A DNA stretch of 64,000 nt from Micavibrio sp. (GCA_020718085.1 DYDB01000005.1:4109-68108); one strand, 5' to 3'. Positions 28,012 to 39,156 are shown, counted from the stretch's first letter. A program made the numbers and translations. The notes: generated by a model not told the origin, from the letters alone.

Positions 28012-28575
28012 TTATTTTCCCAAATATTTAAGTGCCAACCGCACACATTCTCCCACATCTTTGATATCTTTTGGTACATTGCCCAGTGCATTACGCGCTT
28101 CAGATACACTATACCCCAAAGATCGTAGTGCATCGATCGCATCGGAATGCGTCATTGCATTCCCAATTGCCGCATCTACAGGCGCAATTACTTTGCCAGA
28201 GAGTTCCAAAATGACCTTTTCCGCTGTTTTTTTACCAATGCCTGAAACTTTTGTGAGAATACTTGTATCCTTATGCGCAATTGCTGTGGAAATTGTTGGT
28301 ACGTCTGCGATAGAAAGTATATTAAGCGCAGCTTTTGGACCAATGCCTGAAATACCGATGAGAAGTTCAAACATATCCAGCTCTTCTTTTGTCAAAAAAC
28401 CATAAAGAGAAATCTCTTGTTCGCGCACATGTGTGTGAACAAAGAAAGACGCATCACCGTCAACTTTTTCCACAGCAAATCCAGACAAAAATACTTCATA
28501 TCCCACATCATGCACATCCAAGATCACAGAGTCTTTTGTCTTGGAAATGATATAACCCTTGAGATAACCGATCAT
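28012..28575 (-). CDS. ruvA: Holliday junction branch migration protein RuvA
   Basis: MIGYLKG, VGYEV, LYGF, SGIGPK, GIGKKTAEK. Confidence 0.96.
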   Translation of the reverse strand: MIGYLKGYIISKTKDSVILDVHDVGYEVFLSGFAVEKVDGDASFFVHTHVREQEISLYGFLTKEELDMFELLIGISGIGPKAALNILSIADVPTISTAIAHKDTSILTKVSGIGKKTAEKVILELSGKVIAPVDAAIGNAMTHSDAIDALRSLGYSVSEARNALGNVPKDIKDVGECVRLALKYLGK

Positions 28576-28821
28576 AAATAAATAGTAATTAAAAACATTA
28601 GATCCATAGACAAGTAGTATACAAAATGATCTTTATAATAACAATGTCTCCTGTCACAAGTGTACCACTTTCACAGTACCATTGCCAAAAACAAAGTTCT
28701 ATGCTACAAATAAGAAACGATTGTTTTTGTAGATTTCTCAGTTCTGCAAACATGATCGGTATCTAAATGCTCACCATAGGTGCTTGCAAGCACCACTAAC
28801 TATCATATATATCATAAAACT

Positions 28822-29094
28822 ATGCCAATCATTGATGCAGCAAAGAAGTACGTAAAAGTCACTGCCAAAAAAACAGAGGCAAATCGCAAAACACGCGGAG
28901 CTTATCGAAATGCGATCAAAAAACTTGAAAAAGCAATTGTAGCAAATGATACCAAAGAAATTGACACTTATCTGAAACTCTCACAAAAAGCCCTTGATAA
29001 AGCAGTACAAAAAAATGTGATTAAGAAAAATACAGCTGCCCGCAAGAAATCCCGTCTCAACAAAAAAGTAGTTGCAATAAAGAAGAAAAAATAA
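28822..29094 (+). CDS. rpsT: 30S ribosomal protein S20
   Basis: MPIIDAAKK...LDKAVQKNVIKKNTAARKKSRL. Confidence 0.93.
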   Translation: MPIIDAAKKYVKVTAKKTEANRKTRGAYRNAIKKLEKAIVANDTKEIDTYLKLSQKALDKAVQKNVIKKNTAARKKSRLNKKVVAIKKKK

Positions 29095-29193
29095 CATTTC
29101 TTTAGACACACAGACATCATCCCCAGCGATGATGTTTTTGTTTGTAAAAAAGTCCCTACTAATCATTTTTTGATTGGTAGGGACTTATTCTGT

Positions 29194-30252
29194 TCATGAT
29201 GCAGCATCATAGCGCCAATTTAACATGTGTCCTGACAAAAATGGAACGGCCATTGTGTGTGCACCAATTGCGCGCTCTTGGGCAATTATACCCTCCGCAC
29301 GTGTCAGTTGTACCATATTCTCACTTGGCGCAAATCCATAAAAATCAGGACCGCGTATGGCAGAAAAATCTTCCAAGATCTCCAGGGCACCAAGTTTTTC
29401 AAAAGCGTGTGCATATAATTCCAATGCATACGGCGATGTAAAACACCCACCTTTTCCATCATAGTATTTTTGATATTTTCCATGTGGCGCACTGTCCGTT
29501 CCCAAGAAAAAACGCCTATGAAAAATTGCTCGCGACACCATCATTTGATCTTCGGCAGAATTAATGATCGGAAAACAAAAATTATGCGGTTGTAGTCCGC
29601 CCATAAATAAATGATTTCTATTGAGCATGATGTGTTGTGGTGTAATTGTTGCAGCAATTCTGTCTGACGCATCCATCACAAATTGCACAGCATCTTTGGT
29701 TGATACATGCTCAATAATAATGCGCAGTGACGGAAATTTCTGTGCAATCACGGAAAGATGCCTATGAATGAAAACTCTCTCTCGATCAAAAAAATCTACA
29801 TTCGCATCAGTTACTTCACAATGTACACTAAGAATCATATCCAGATCCTGCATTACAGAAAGCACGGGAAACAATTTTTCAATTGCTGTGACACCTTTGT
29901 GAGACTGAGTGGTTGCACCCATCGGATATAATTTCGCCACACAAATACCTGCCGCATGAGCCGTACGCATGATCATTGGTGTGATCTCATCAGTGAGATA
30001 AATTGGCACGATCACTCGAAAGCTTTGATCATTTTCTTGTCCATATTTTTCAGCAGATCTCTGGTACAAGATCACAACACGTACGCATGTGAGCGGTTCA
30101 AAAGTATTGGGCATTGCCACAGCACATGCAAACTGTCGTGCACTATACGGCACAGTAAAAAACAACTGATCCAGCTCGCGAAAATGTGCATGCGCGTCAA
30201 AACCACTCTTCATCCGCAAAGTCATATGGCCGTCTTTTTCAATAATATCCAT
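29194..30252 (-). CDS. pyrC: Dihydroorotase (type II)
   Basis: DAHAHFR, MPN, KLYP.GATT, EHVST, FLGTDSAPH; AAGGAG SD before MDIIE. Confidence 0.9.
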   Translation of the reverse strand: MDIIEKDGHMTLRMKSGFDAHAHFRELDQLFFTVPYSARQFACAVAMPNTFEPLTCVRVVILYQRSAEKYGQENDQSFRVIVPIYLTDEITPMIMRTAHAAGICVAKLYPMGATTQSHKGVTAIEKLFPVLSVMQDLDMILSVHCEVTDANVDFFDRERVFIHRHLSVIAQKFPSLRIIIEHVSTKDAVQFVMDASDRIAATITPQHIMLNRNHLFMGGLQPHNFCFPIINSAEDQMMVSRAIFHRRFFLGTDSAPHGKYQKYYDGKGGCFTSPYALELYAHAFEKLGALEILEDFSAIRGPDFYGFAPSENMVQLTRAEGIIAQERAIGAHTMAVPFLSGHMLNWRYDAAS

Positions 30253-30427
30253 GCTATCTCCTTTGATTTCTTCGATTTTTAATGAAACAATATTCTTTTG
30301 CATCTTTGGTTGCTATCATGTCATATGCGTGAGGAAAAATCAATGAGAATCACATTTTTCAAAATATATTTTATACTAGTATAAAACCCCTGCAAAAATT
30401 CTTTTGCAGGGGTTTCTTTTTATCACC

Positions 30428-31429
30428 TCACTTGCGAGCATATGCACGATCTATAATGCTTTTCATGCGCCATGGTCTCGTAATTGCTCCTGTTGCTACA
30501 AAAACCGAGTCTGCACCCGCATCAAAAAACAGGTCAACATCTCTTTTACGACGAATGCCATTGCCGCCATTGATATGTTTTTCAAATCCGTGCTCTCGCA
30601 TCGCGGCAATGTAATTTACAGCAAGAGGCAAAACTTGCGGACCGGAAAATGAACCTCCTCCAAATTTTTCAAGTGGCGACTCATATACTCCAGTCTCATA
30701 GGAGCAGTGTTTTGTATCACACGCACGCCACCAGTCAATTGTGTGCCAACCGACAAATACAGGGCTGGAGATACACAGTCCGTCACATGCAGGATGTTCT
30801 CCAATTGCAATAGCTATATCCACCGGCGTTGTTGCAATACTGATCTTGATCATAAGCGGCACATTCAATATTTGAAAAACGGTTAAGAAATCACCGATTT
30901 CTTTATCAAATATGTGTAAATCACTTTGGTTAATGCATGCGAGATCAATCTGTATACCCATCGGGGCCAATGCCACAACATGACTTTTTGCAATCGCACA
31001 AAAATCTTTTGCCTCTTGCAACCTCTCTGCTCTCGTTCTGGCAACTGGCACAAACGAGATCCAAAATGGTTTGGGGTGTTCTTGCCATTGCCCGCGATCG
31101 AAAAGACTCCGTGCACCGGGACCGGTAAAACCCTCTGCGCGCCATGATTGGTTGCGCAAAAAATCATATTTGATACATTCTGGAAACCATTCCACAGGCT
31201 GATAGGTCTCACGATCCAAGCGTAAATTTCCTGCGCGATAGCGAGGGTCACAGTCATCAGGATAACGCCGTTCAAGCGTCGTTGCTTTAGCAACAAATGT
31301 CACACCTTCAAACGTCAGCCCGAGTAATTGTAAAATGCGATAGTGTTTGTACCCTTCACCAAAAAAACTTCTCACACCAGACGCATCCCATATTGGACCA
31401 AAATCAATGTCACGTATGATCGTACCCAT
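30428..31429 (-). CDS. Divergent dihydroorotate dehydrogenase-like FMN TIM-barrel protein
   Basis: ASG, AKATTLE.R, GGGSFSGP, GGNGI, AGADSV; adjacent to pyrC. Confidence 0.65.
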   Translation of the reverse strand: MGTIIRDIDFGPIWDASGVRSFFGEGYKHYRILQLLGLTFEGVTFVAKATTLERRYPDDCDPRYRAGNLRLDRETYQPVEWFPECIKYDFLRNQSWRAEGFTGPGARSLFDRGQWQEHPKPFWISFVPVARTRAERLQEAKDFCAIAKSHVVALAPMGIQIDLACINQSDLHIFDKEIGDFLTVFQILNVPLMIKISIATTPVDIAIAIGEHPACDGLCISSPVFVGWHTIDWWRACDTKHCSYETGVYESPLEKFGGGSFSGPQVLPLAVNYIAAMREHGFEKHINGGNGIRRKRDVDLFFDAGADSVFVATGAITRPWRMKSIIDRAYARK

Positions 31430-31528
31430 ACAAACCCCCTTGTGAGCTGTAAATTTATAGTCAAAGAACCAAAAATCTCCTCGTTGCACCGTATTGTGCC
31501 ATAGAGAAAATCTTTTGGCAATTTTTTG

Positions 31529-32470
31529 TTATACATTCACCACAAAAAGATCCAACGCGCTATAAATATCGCGCTTGCCCGTTTTGATCTCACGATCGAG
31601 AATGGTAAGGTGACGATGCGCATTTGTTAACATTTTTTGTGAAATAGTTTTTATAACCGAGAGTGATTTTTGAACAACAAAGGGATGAACGCCGGCATTT
31701 TTTGCGATCAGCGTCTTATCCTGTATTTTTCCCCATTCTGATGCATTTCCAACTAAAAGTAATGTGCGAATGTGATACGCATACATACTAAATACATAGA
31801 AAGGATCATCACCTTTGGCAAGTTGTTTTTTCAGAAGTGCAAGAGCACGCCCCTTATCGTGAGAAGTTAACGCCTCAATTGTTACAAACATATCCGCATC
31901 CACTTGTCCGTGCACAAGCATATGCACATCGCCAATGACAATTTCTCGCCCCTGCGCGTATGCTACTAATTTTTCAATTTCTTGTACAAGATGCCATAGA
32001 TCGTTATTTACATAAAGGATCAATTCCTCAACAGCATCTCTGTCGATCTTTCCACCTTTGTCCTTTACACATGATATGATCCACGAAGATAGCTCCCGCC
32101 CAAGTAGTTTTTTACCCTCAATGATTTCATCGGCATTTTCACCAAGCCAACCTGCAAGAAATGCATTTTTTCTCGGTATGCCGGTTTCCCAAAAGACAAT
32201 ATGATCTTTTTGTGTAATCGCTTTTTGCAAGGTCTTTTGTTCTTCAATTTTTGTCGTTTGGATAAAATTTTTGATAATGATCATTTTTTCAGAAGCAAAA
32301 AGGTCTTGTGCACCAAATATGCCGCATATTTCGGATATATCACACCTTTCTCCACAGTCAAAAGATATAATATTTCCTTTTCCTTCCATTTTTTTCATAT
32401 ACACATTTTTTATTTCTTCCACTTTGTGAAATGTTGTATATGTTTCTTCGCCAAATATGTACGTGAGCAT
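31529..32470 (-). CDS. holA: DNA polymerase III delta subunit
   Basis: YIFGEE, DLFA, QEIEKL, GVHPFVVQK, D.EIKTG. Confidence 0.88.
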   Translation of the reverse strand: MLTYIFGEETYTTFHKVEEIKNVYMKKMEGKGNIISFDCGERCDISEICGIFGAQDLFASEKMIIIKNFIQTTKIEEQKTLQKAITQKDHIVFWETGIPRKNAFLAGWLGENADEIIEGKKLLGRELSSWIISCVKDKGGKIDRDAVEELILYVNNDLWHLVQEIEKLVAYAQGREIVIGDVHMLVHGQVDADMFVTIEALTSHDKGRALALLKKQLAKGDDPFYVFSMYAYHIRTLLLVGNASEWGKIQDKTLIAKNAGVHPFVVQKSLSVIKTISQKMLTNAHRHLTILDREIKTGKRDIYSALDLFVVNV

Positions 32471-32550
32471 AGTTTTTCCACTAAAAAAGCGTTCATCTGC
32501 ACATTATAGCACATCCATGAACGCTTTTTATCTTTCATTTTTACAAAGAC

Positions 32551-33801
32551 CTATTCTTCTGTTGTCGCAGCAGTTGATGCCGGTGCAGCAGCCTCTTGTT
32601 CACGTTTCACCTTCTCTTCTGCACGATCTTCTGCTGTGCCAGGATCCCACTTTATTGTCTTGCCGGATGACACAACTTGTAACCAAATCTGCCCTGGTAC
32701 AAAATGGATCTCTTTTCCAGCAGCATCATAAAATGCAAATGGTTTTTTATCCCCGCGTTCTTTCTTCCACATACCAATAATTTCTTGCCCATTCATGTAA
32801 AATTGCGCTTCACCTTCAGTTTTTGTGTCAAACCATGGATCACCAAGCTGGAAGTTTGGATATTGACCGGTATCATTTTTTTGATGTGCGTCATCTACAC
32901 CGGCCCACGGATCACGAAGCCCTTGTGAGACATAGTCTGTATCGGTGTAAAAAGCGTCTTTTTTTGTTTGAATGACAATGACATTTTTTGGTGACACACG
33001 TTCTTTTGTTGCAAAATCATATTCTTCCTTTTTATTGAAAAGGCGGTCATAGGAATTTGTGTCGGGATTATATTCATAATGCACACGGAATGGATTTTCA
33101 TATCCTACTGTAAGAATGCCATATGCCGGTCGTTGATCTTTGGCGATTTCTCCTTGATGCTGAAATCCGGTAAATGTGTTTTGATTGGAATATCCATATT
33201 CACCTGCTGATTTGATGAGCTCCGGCATAGATGTAAATGCCCGATCTTCCATATCCAATGGCACCAAAGCCGTATCGGCACGAAAACATGCAGAAGCCCC
33301 TGCATTTACTCCGCCATCAGCACATGTCAAACTATTCATTACCTTATTATCCAAAAGATTCTTTGTCACACTATCACCGCCCCAGAGAACGAACACCGCA
33401 TCAATTGAATTCGCCACATTCATGAAATCCACGCGCCCAGAACGCATCGGCCCAATTTGTGTTGGTGCATTGCACCCAAAAACACCCATTACACGTGTGC
33501 CGTCATGAATCGCGCGATGTGGCATTTCTACCACCATATCCGCCTTCGTAATATTAGAAAAATATGGTCGCGTTTCCACATCACCGCTATACATCACCCC
33601 AAAAGGACGTTTATCATAATTTTCACATGCCAGACCTGTGATCGGACTTGCATTTGCGGGTTTTTCATATGGCACAATTCCTCCCACAGCTTCCTCTTCC
33701 GAAGATATTTCCTTCGCATCTTTTTTCTTACATCCACATCCTGCAAGTGCAATCACAGCAATGCACCCAATGCTGATCGCATATACATATCCTTTTTTCA
33801 T
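32551..33801 (-). CDS. DUF3048 family lipoprotein
   Basis: LAGC lipobox, SPITG, RPFGVM, GPMRSGR, PGQIW. Confidence 0.8.
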   Translation of the reverse strand: MKKGYVYAISIGCIAVIALAGCGCKKKDAKEISSEEEAVGGIVPYEKPANASPITGLACENYDKRPFGVMYSGDVETRPYFSNITKADMVVEMPHRAIHDGTRVMGVFGCNAPTQIGPMRSGRVDFMNVANSIDAVFVLWGGDSVTKNLLDNKVMNSLTCADGGVNAGASACFRADTALVPLDMEDRAFTSMPELIKSAGEYGYSNQNTFTGFQHQGEIAKDQRPAYGILTVGYENPFRVHYEYNPDTNSYDRLFNKKEEYDFATKERVSPKNVIVIQTKKDAFYTDTDYVSQGLRDPWAGVDDAHQKNDTGQYPNFQLGDPWFDTKTEGEAQFYMNGQEIIGMWKKERGDKKPFAFYDAAGKEIHFVPGQIWLQVVSSGKTIKWDPGTAEDRAEEKVKREQEAAAPASTAATTEE

Positions 33802-33874
33802 ATGTTGTTTACATTTTTAGTTAATATTCTGCCGCTAGTATAGCACATATCAGGTGATACGTGCCAGTATGCCA

Positions 33875-36538
33875 CTATAATTCACTCCAACTCGTACCTT
33901 GGGACACATCTACAACAAGTGGCACCTTAAGCACACACACCTGCTCCATAATGCGTACCATATTTTGTGCAAATTCATCTGCCAATCCCGCTCGTACTTC
34001 AAAAATGATCTCATCATGGATCTGCAATACAGCATATCCCTCATTATTTTGATATGCCTTGGCTATGTAACGATCAGCCGCGATCATCGCAAGTTTCATA
34101 ATATCTGCTGCAAGACCTTGGATTGGCATGTTGATTGCTGCACGTTCCCCGGCTGCACGGAGTTGAAAATTCTTCGATTGAATTTCTTTGACATAACGTC
34201 TTCGACCAAATAATGTCTCCACGTAACCACGTTCCGCAGCCTGTTTTTTTGTGTTTTCAATATATGCTTTTACACCGGAAAATTTTTCAAAATACGCTGC
34301 GATAAATTTCTTCGCTTCTTTAGAATCAATACCGGCCGCACGCGCAAAACCAAATTGTCCCATGCCATAGATCAAACCAAAATTCAGCTCTTTGGCACTT
34401 CTGCGCTGTTCCTTTGTGATTTCTTCCGGTGCAACTCCCAAAACTTGTGCTGCAGTATATGTGTGAATATCCATACCATCATTAAATGCCTTGATCAAAA
34501 CAGGATCATCACTCACATGTGCAACACAGCGCAGGTCAATTTGTGAATAATCAACACTTACAAAAACGTATCCTTTTTTAGAAACAAATCCCTCCCGTAG
34601 CCGTCGCCCATCTTCCGTGCGAATGGGAATGTTTTGCAAGTTTGGATCTGATGAAGATAAACGGCCCGTAGTCGCCACTGCTTGATTAAATGTGGTATGG
34701 ATACGATCTTCCGCATCCGTCAATGTCGGTAAAACATCTACATATGTGGTCTTGAGCTTAAATAATTCACGATATCTCTCAATTGCCGTAACGATCGGAT
34801 GTACATCACGAATTTTTTCCAATTCATCAGATGCCGTGGAAAATCCTGTTTTGGTCTTTTTGATATTCTGTGTTGGTATGTGTAATTTATCAAAAAGGAT
34901 GACCCGCAATTGTTGTGTGGAGTTAATGTTAAATATCTCACCTGCGTGATCAAAGATTGTTTTGGTCAATGTTTCGATTTCATCGTTAATCACTTGCGCG
35001 ATTTCTCCAAAACGCACTTTGTCCAAGGCGATTCCACGCTCTTCCATTGCAAAAAGTACGTGGATAAGAGGCATTTCGATAGTATTCAATACAGTTTTGA
35101 TATTTGCCTTGTCGTTTTGTGTTGTGATAATTTCATCGATCTTTGCGCAAAAATGTGCATGAATTTGCACGGTATGAAATGCTCGTGTACATGACTCTGC
35201 GATCTGTTCTTCCGCATCACGCAACATGAGCGACATTTGCGCACTTGTTTTTTTTGTTTCTGTTACCACACCAAGCACATCAAACGCCAAAGCTGAAAGA
35301 TCAAATTTCTTATTTTGTTGCACAACGTATGCTTGCAAGAGCACATCATCGACCACACCCTGTATGACAATGTGCCACTTATACAATTGATGCATTATTT
35401 TTTTGAGATCATATACAACTTTTCGTGCTGTGTTGTTCGTGAGATATTTTTGAATCTCTTTTTTTGTCTTTGTTGTATATGGCACATAATATGTTTGATG
35501 ATCATCACACAAGGTAAACCCATGTAATTGCGCCCCATCCACATCCATTGCGATGCCAACGATCTTTTCTGACAATTCTTCACATACATGTGCCACCTCA
35601 TTCTCTGACACGACTGTCATGAGCATCTTTTTTTCTTTTACATTTGTTTGTCCTTGTGATGCTGTTGACTTCGGAAAACGTCTCAATAAACTGTTAAATC
35701 CAAATTTATGAAAAACTGGACGCGCCTGTTCAAACGTCATCTGTGCTGTGCGCGTACGCTCCAGATCGAGAATCGAGAGAGACACATCGGTACGAATTGT
35801 GCCAAGTGTACGAGAGAGGTATGCGCGATCCTTATCTGTTTCCAGTTTTTTCCGTACACTTTCTTTGATATCTGCAAGGTGTGCATAGATATGATCCAGA
35901 TCATGGTATGCCGACAATAACTCCACAGCTGTTTTTTCCCCAATACCTTTTACGCCCGGTATGTTATCACTTGTATCACCGCGCAGCCCTTTATAATCTA
36001 TGATCTGCTCCACTGTCACACCCATCTTATCTCTGACCAAACTTTGGTCATATAGCACCATGTCATGCAAACCGCGCGACATGGTAAATACACGCACATG
36101 ATCATTTACAAGCTGCAACGTATCTTTATCTCCCGTCACGATCACAACATCCACATCACTATCCATATGTGTCGCAATTGTCCCGATCACATCATCCGCC
36201 TCAAAACCCTCCTTTTCCACGATCGTAATGCCCAGAGATCGCACAACATCTCTCACCAGATCAAATTGCGGCACAAGGTCTTCCGGTGTTTCTTTACGTT
36301 TTGCTTTGTACTCAGGAAACAAATCATGACGGAAATTTTTTCCCGCCACATCAAAGGATGCCACAATATATTCCGGTTGGAACTTCTCCAAAACTGTAAA
36401 AAGCGTTGATACAAAACCATATACTGCATTGGTCTGCACGCCATCGTCAGTTGTCAGTGGTGGAATTGCATGATACGCACGATGAATGATCGCATTACCA
36501 TCAAGTAAAAGCAGTATTTTTTTCTTATTTTTTGTCAT
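33875..36538 (-). CDS. polA: DNA polymerase I
   Basis: 5'-3' exonuclease DG..RAYHA, TGRLSSSDPNLQNIP, DYSQIDLR, QIHDE. Confidence 0.98.
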   Translation of the reverse strand: MTKNKKKILLLLDGNAIIHRAYHAIPPLTTDDGVQTNAVYGFVSTLFTVLEKFQPEYIVASFDVAGKNFRHDLFPEYKAKRKETPEDLVPQFDLVRDVVRSLGITIVEKEGFEADDVIGTIATHMDSDVDVVIVTGDKDTLQLVNDHVRVFTMSRGLHDMVLYDQSLVRDKMGVTVEQIIDYKGLRGDTSDNIPGVKGIGEKTAVELLSAYHDLDHIYAHLADIKESVRKKLETDKDRAYLSRTLGTIRTDVSLSILDLERTRTAQMTFEQARPVFHKFGFNSLLRRFPKSTASQGQTNVKEKKMLMTVVSENEVAHVCEELSEKIVGIAMDVDGAQLHGFTLCDDHQTYYVPYTTKTKKEIQKYLTNNTARKVVYDLKKIMHQLYKWHIVIQGVVDDVLLQAYVVQQNKKFDLSALAFDVLGVVTETKKTSAQMSLMLRDAEEQIAESCTRAFHTVQIHAHFCAKIDEIITTQNDKANIKTVLNTIEMPLIHVLFAMEERGIALDKVRFGEIAQVINDEIETLTKTIFDHAGEIFNINSTQQLRVILFDKLHIPTQNIKKTKTGFSTASDELEKIRDVHPIVTAIERYRELFKLKTTYVDVLPTLTDAEDRIHTTFNQAVATTGRLSSSDPNLQNIPIRTEDGRRLREGFVSKKGYVFVSVDYSQIDLRCVAHVSDDPVLIKAFNDGMDIHTYTAAQVLGVAPEEITKEQRRSAKELNFGLIYGMGQFGFARAAGIDSKEAKKFIAAYFEKFSGVKAYIENTKKQAAERGYVETLFGRRRYVKEIQSKNFQLRAAGERAAINMPIQGLAADIMKLAMIAADRYIAKAYQNNEGYAVLQIHDEIIFEVRAGLADEFAQNMVRIMEQVCVLKVPLVVDVSQGTSWSEL

Positions 36539-36625
36539 AAAAATTCATCAATATTTGTATTTGTATCATACCACATTGATAAAAAAGAAAAGCGACGGGC
36601 ATTGCTGCACGTCGCTAGGATGAGG

Positions 36626-36835
36626 TTATTTTTTTGAACCGATAAACACTTTGTGTCCATCGATCATTATTACTTGGGTTGCAAAGACATCATCCTCACT
36701 AGATGCGACCCAGAGTGTTTTTCCATCGCCCCATTTTTCAATTGGGACGCAAAAACCCAAACCCTTGGCAATTTCTCCTTTCGCCACAGCATGTGCAGCA
36801 GTCAAGAGAAAATCACCCTTTTTCAAAGTCTCCAT
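36626..36835 (-). CDS. Hypothetical protein
   Basis: TAAGGAG SD; perfect TTGACA-17-TATAAT promoter at 36921-36893. Confidence 0.65.
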   Translation of the reverse strand: METLKKGDFLLTAAHAVAKGEIAKGLGFCVPIEKWGDGKTLWVASSEDDVFATQVIMIDGHKVFIGSKK

Positions 36836-36923
36836 ATTTTCTCCTTATTATAAGGGATTAATTAAATAAATATAAACAAACTTTGACATTCAATTATATC
36901 ATAAAATATAACAAATGTCAATA

Positions 36924-37850
36924 TCACTTACCCACACCACTATTTGCATCCAAAAACTGTCGCATCATTGAACGTGAGGCTTCTATACCGGCTAAGTCCA
37001 TATCCCGTGCCATATCTGCATTTTTAACATCATCTGCGTAGGCAGATTTTCCAAAATCAATCACGAAAGGCAACCCGGTTTTTTTACAGATCATGATATT
37101 ACGCGGAGCGAGATCATTATGAAAAACCTTTTTTTGTTCATGTAGTGCTGTGATATATTTTTTCAGTCGATCAAAAAAATCGTTAATGTCAAAATTTGGA
37201 GGTAATGGCGCTTTCCCCCGTGCTGCCAATTCAAAATTTACCGCATCCAGCTCTTCCATCACAATAACCGTCAAATCACCTCCGCTGATCGTTTCTTTGA
37301 CAAATGGGGTACGCACACCAGCCACCTCAAAACCACTCAGTTCATTAAGAAATCGCGCTTCTTGCGATACAGAGTTTTCCCTCGCATAACTTACATCATT
37401 GATGACTTTTTTGACACATAAACCCGGCTGATGCGCCAATTTATATACACGGGCAATATTTCCCGAACCCAAGAATAGTTCTTGGTCTGCCGTGGAAGCA
37501 TCGATATCATATACCATGCGCAAGCGTGCCTTGATCACATCACGATCTTTTTCTTGTGAAGATAATCCCGCACGCAAAAACTCCAATGCATTCTTACGTT
37601 TTTGAATGAGGTTTTCCACATAGCAACACGCATCCGCCATCGTCATGATCTTTCGTTCATAAACATCATCGAGCAATTGATCTTCCAATTTTTCGCGCAT
37701 TTCCACAAGACCCAGCTCGCTCAGCTGGTTCAAAAGATCATCAAAAGAATCATCCGTATATATTTCCTTTTGTGTACTTGCTAAAAGATCCTCTATGGGT
37801 TCTCTTTTTTGCGTTTTTGCCACAGGAGCAAAAACTTTTTCAAAATTCAT
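36924..37850 (-). CDS. Ser/Thr protein kinase-like protein
   Basis: LGSGNIARV, VKK, HNDLAPRNIM, IDFG. Confidence 0.8.
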   Translation of the reverse strand: MNFEKVFAPVAKTQKREPIEDLLASTQKEIYTDDSFDDLLNQLSELGLVEMREKLEDQLLDDVYERKIMTMADACCYVENLIQKRKNALEFLRAGLSSQEKDRDVIKARLRMVYDIDASTADQELFLGSGNIARVYKLAHQPGLCVKKVINDVSYARENSVSQEARFLNELSGFEVAGVRTPFVKETISGGDLTVIVMEELDAVNFELAARGKAPLPPNFDINDFFDRLKKYITALHEQKKVFHNDLAPRNIMICKKTGLPFVIDFGKSAYADDVKNADMARDMDLAGIEASRSMMRQFLDANSGVGK

Positions 37851-37854
37851 TGCT

Positions 37855-38619
37855 TTATTGTGTGATTTTCACAGACAAGATCTTTATCTCCTCCACAGGC
37901 TTATCCATCGCTCCCGTTTCTACATTTTCGATCTCTGTCACAACATCCATTCCGGCTGTTATTTTACCAAAGACCGTGTGTTTGGTATCCAAATAATTGT
38001 TGTCGTTCACGTTGATAAAAAATTGGCTGCCATTGGTACCATGTCCGGAATTTGCCATTGCGATCGTGCCAGTATTATTTTTGTTGTTTGCATGAATTTC
38101 ATCATCGAATTTATAATCCGGTCCACCTGTCCCCGTGCCTGTCGGATCACCACCTTGGATCATAAAATCCTTGATCACACGATGAAAGATCACGCCATCA
38201 TAAAATCCGTTTTGTGCAAGCGTACAGAAATTTGCCACAGTGATCGGTGCGTCATCATTATAAAATGAAATTGTGACATCGCCCTTGCTCGTTGTGATCG
38301 TTGCGCTTTTGCATGTTTGCGCAAGGCTCATGTTAATTTGAGATGGAATGTTTTCCATAATTTGCTTTTCATTAATAGTTGTTTGTGTTGGCTCTTCTTC
38401 CAGTACGTTCATTGCTTCTTCAATTTTTTTATTTTGTTCTTCCGTTGCTTTTGCAATATTTTCCCGCGACGTTTTATTGACTGACGCTATTGTATCGATG
38501 TATCCTTTTGCTTTTTCTGTTTCTTGTTGCGATTTGTTCGTCAGAACCTCTTGTTGTTCACACCCCGTAAAGATCATACACCCTCCGAGAAATAGAGCGA
38601 TTGCAATATTTTTTTTCAT
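37855..38619 (-). CDS. Cyclophilin-type peptidyl-prolyl isomerase (lipoprotein)
   Basis: FHRVIKDFMIQGGDPTGTG, AMANSG..TNGSQFFI, HTVFG; FTGC lipobox. Confidence 0.93.
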   Translation of the reverse strand: MKKNIAIALFLGGCMIFTGCEQQEVLTNKSQQETEKAKGYIDTIASVNKTSRENIAKATEEQNKKIEEAMNVLEEEPTQTTINEKQIMENIPSQINMSLAQTCKSATITTSKGDVTISFYNDDAPITVANFCTLAQNGFYDGVIFHRVIKDFMIQGGDPTGTGTGGPDYKFDDEIHANNKNNTGTIAMANSGHGTNGSQFFINVNDNNYLDTKHTVFGKITAGMDVVTEIENVETGAMDKPVEEIKILSVKITQ

Positions 38620-38624
38620 ATTTT

Positions 38625-39053
38625 TTATATGTTAATAACATATTTATGCGTTGTGTCATCAATCCATTCACATGTGATATGCACAAACTTTTCCGGCAAA
38701 AGATCTTGGATATGTTCCGGCCATTCAATGATCACGACATTTTTAGGATCATCAATGATCTCCTGCCACCCCAATTCTATCATATCATCACTCTTGATGC
38801 GATATGCATCAATATGATACATTCGCACAAATTCGCGCAATGTAATGTCATATTGTTTCATAATAGTAAATGTGGGACTGGTATACGGACCCTCCGCGCC
38901 ACAATACTGCAATATGCCCTGGGCAAGCGTTGTCTTACCGCCTCCAAGCTCACCATACAGACAAATGACACGGTTGCCGTCGCGTACTTGATCCATAATA
39001 TCCTTTGCCAATGCGTACGTTTGTGCAATTGATGATGAAATAATGGTTTTCAT
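38625..39053 (-). CDS. tsaE: tRNA threonylcarbamoyladenosine ATPase TsaE
   Basis: GELGGGKTT, SPTF, HIDAYR, IEWP. Confidence 0.93.
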   Translation of the reverse strand: MKTIISSSIAQTYALAKDIMDQVRDGNRVICLYGELGGGKTTLAQGILQYCGAEGPYTSPTFTIMKQYDITLREFVRMYHIDAYRIKSDDMIELGWQEIIDDPKNVVIIEWPEHIQDLLPEKFVHITCEWIDDTTHKYVINI

Positions 39054-39156
39054 ACCTCTCAGAATACGCTATTTTTCTGACAGAAGCAATAATGTTTGAC
39101 AAAGAAAGTGTCTGTTGATACTCTGTACTATCACACAGTAAGAAATATGCTCTGTT

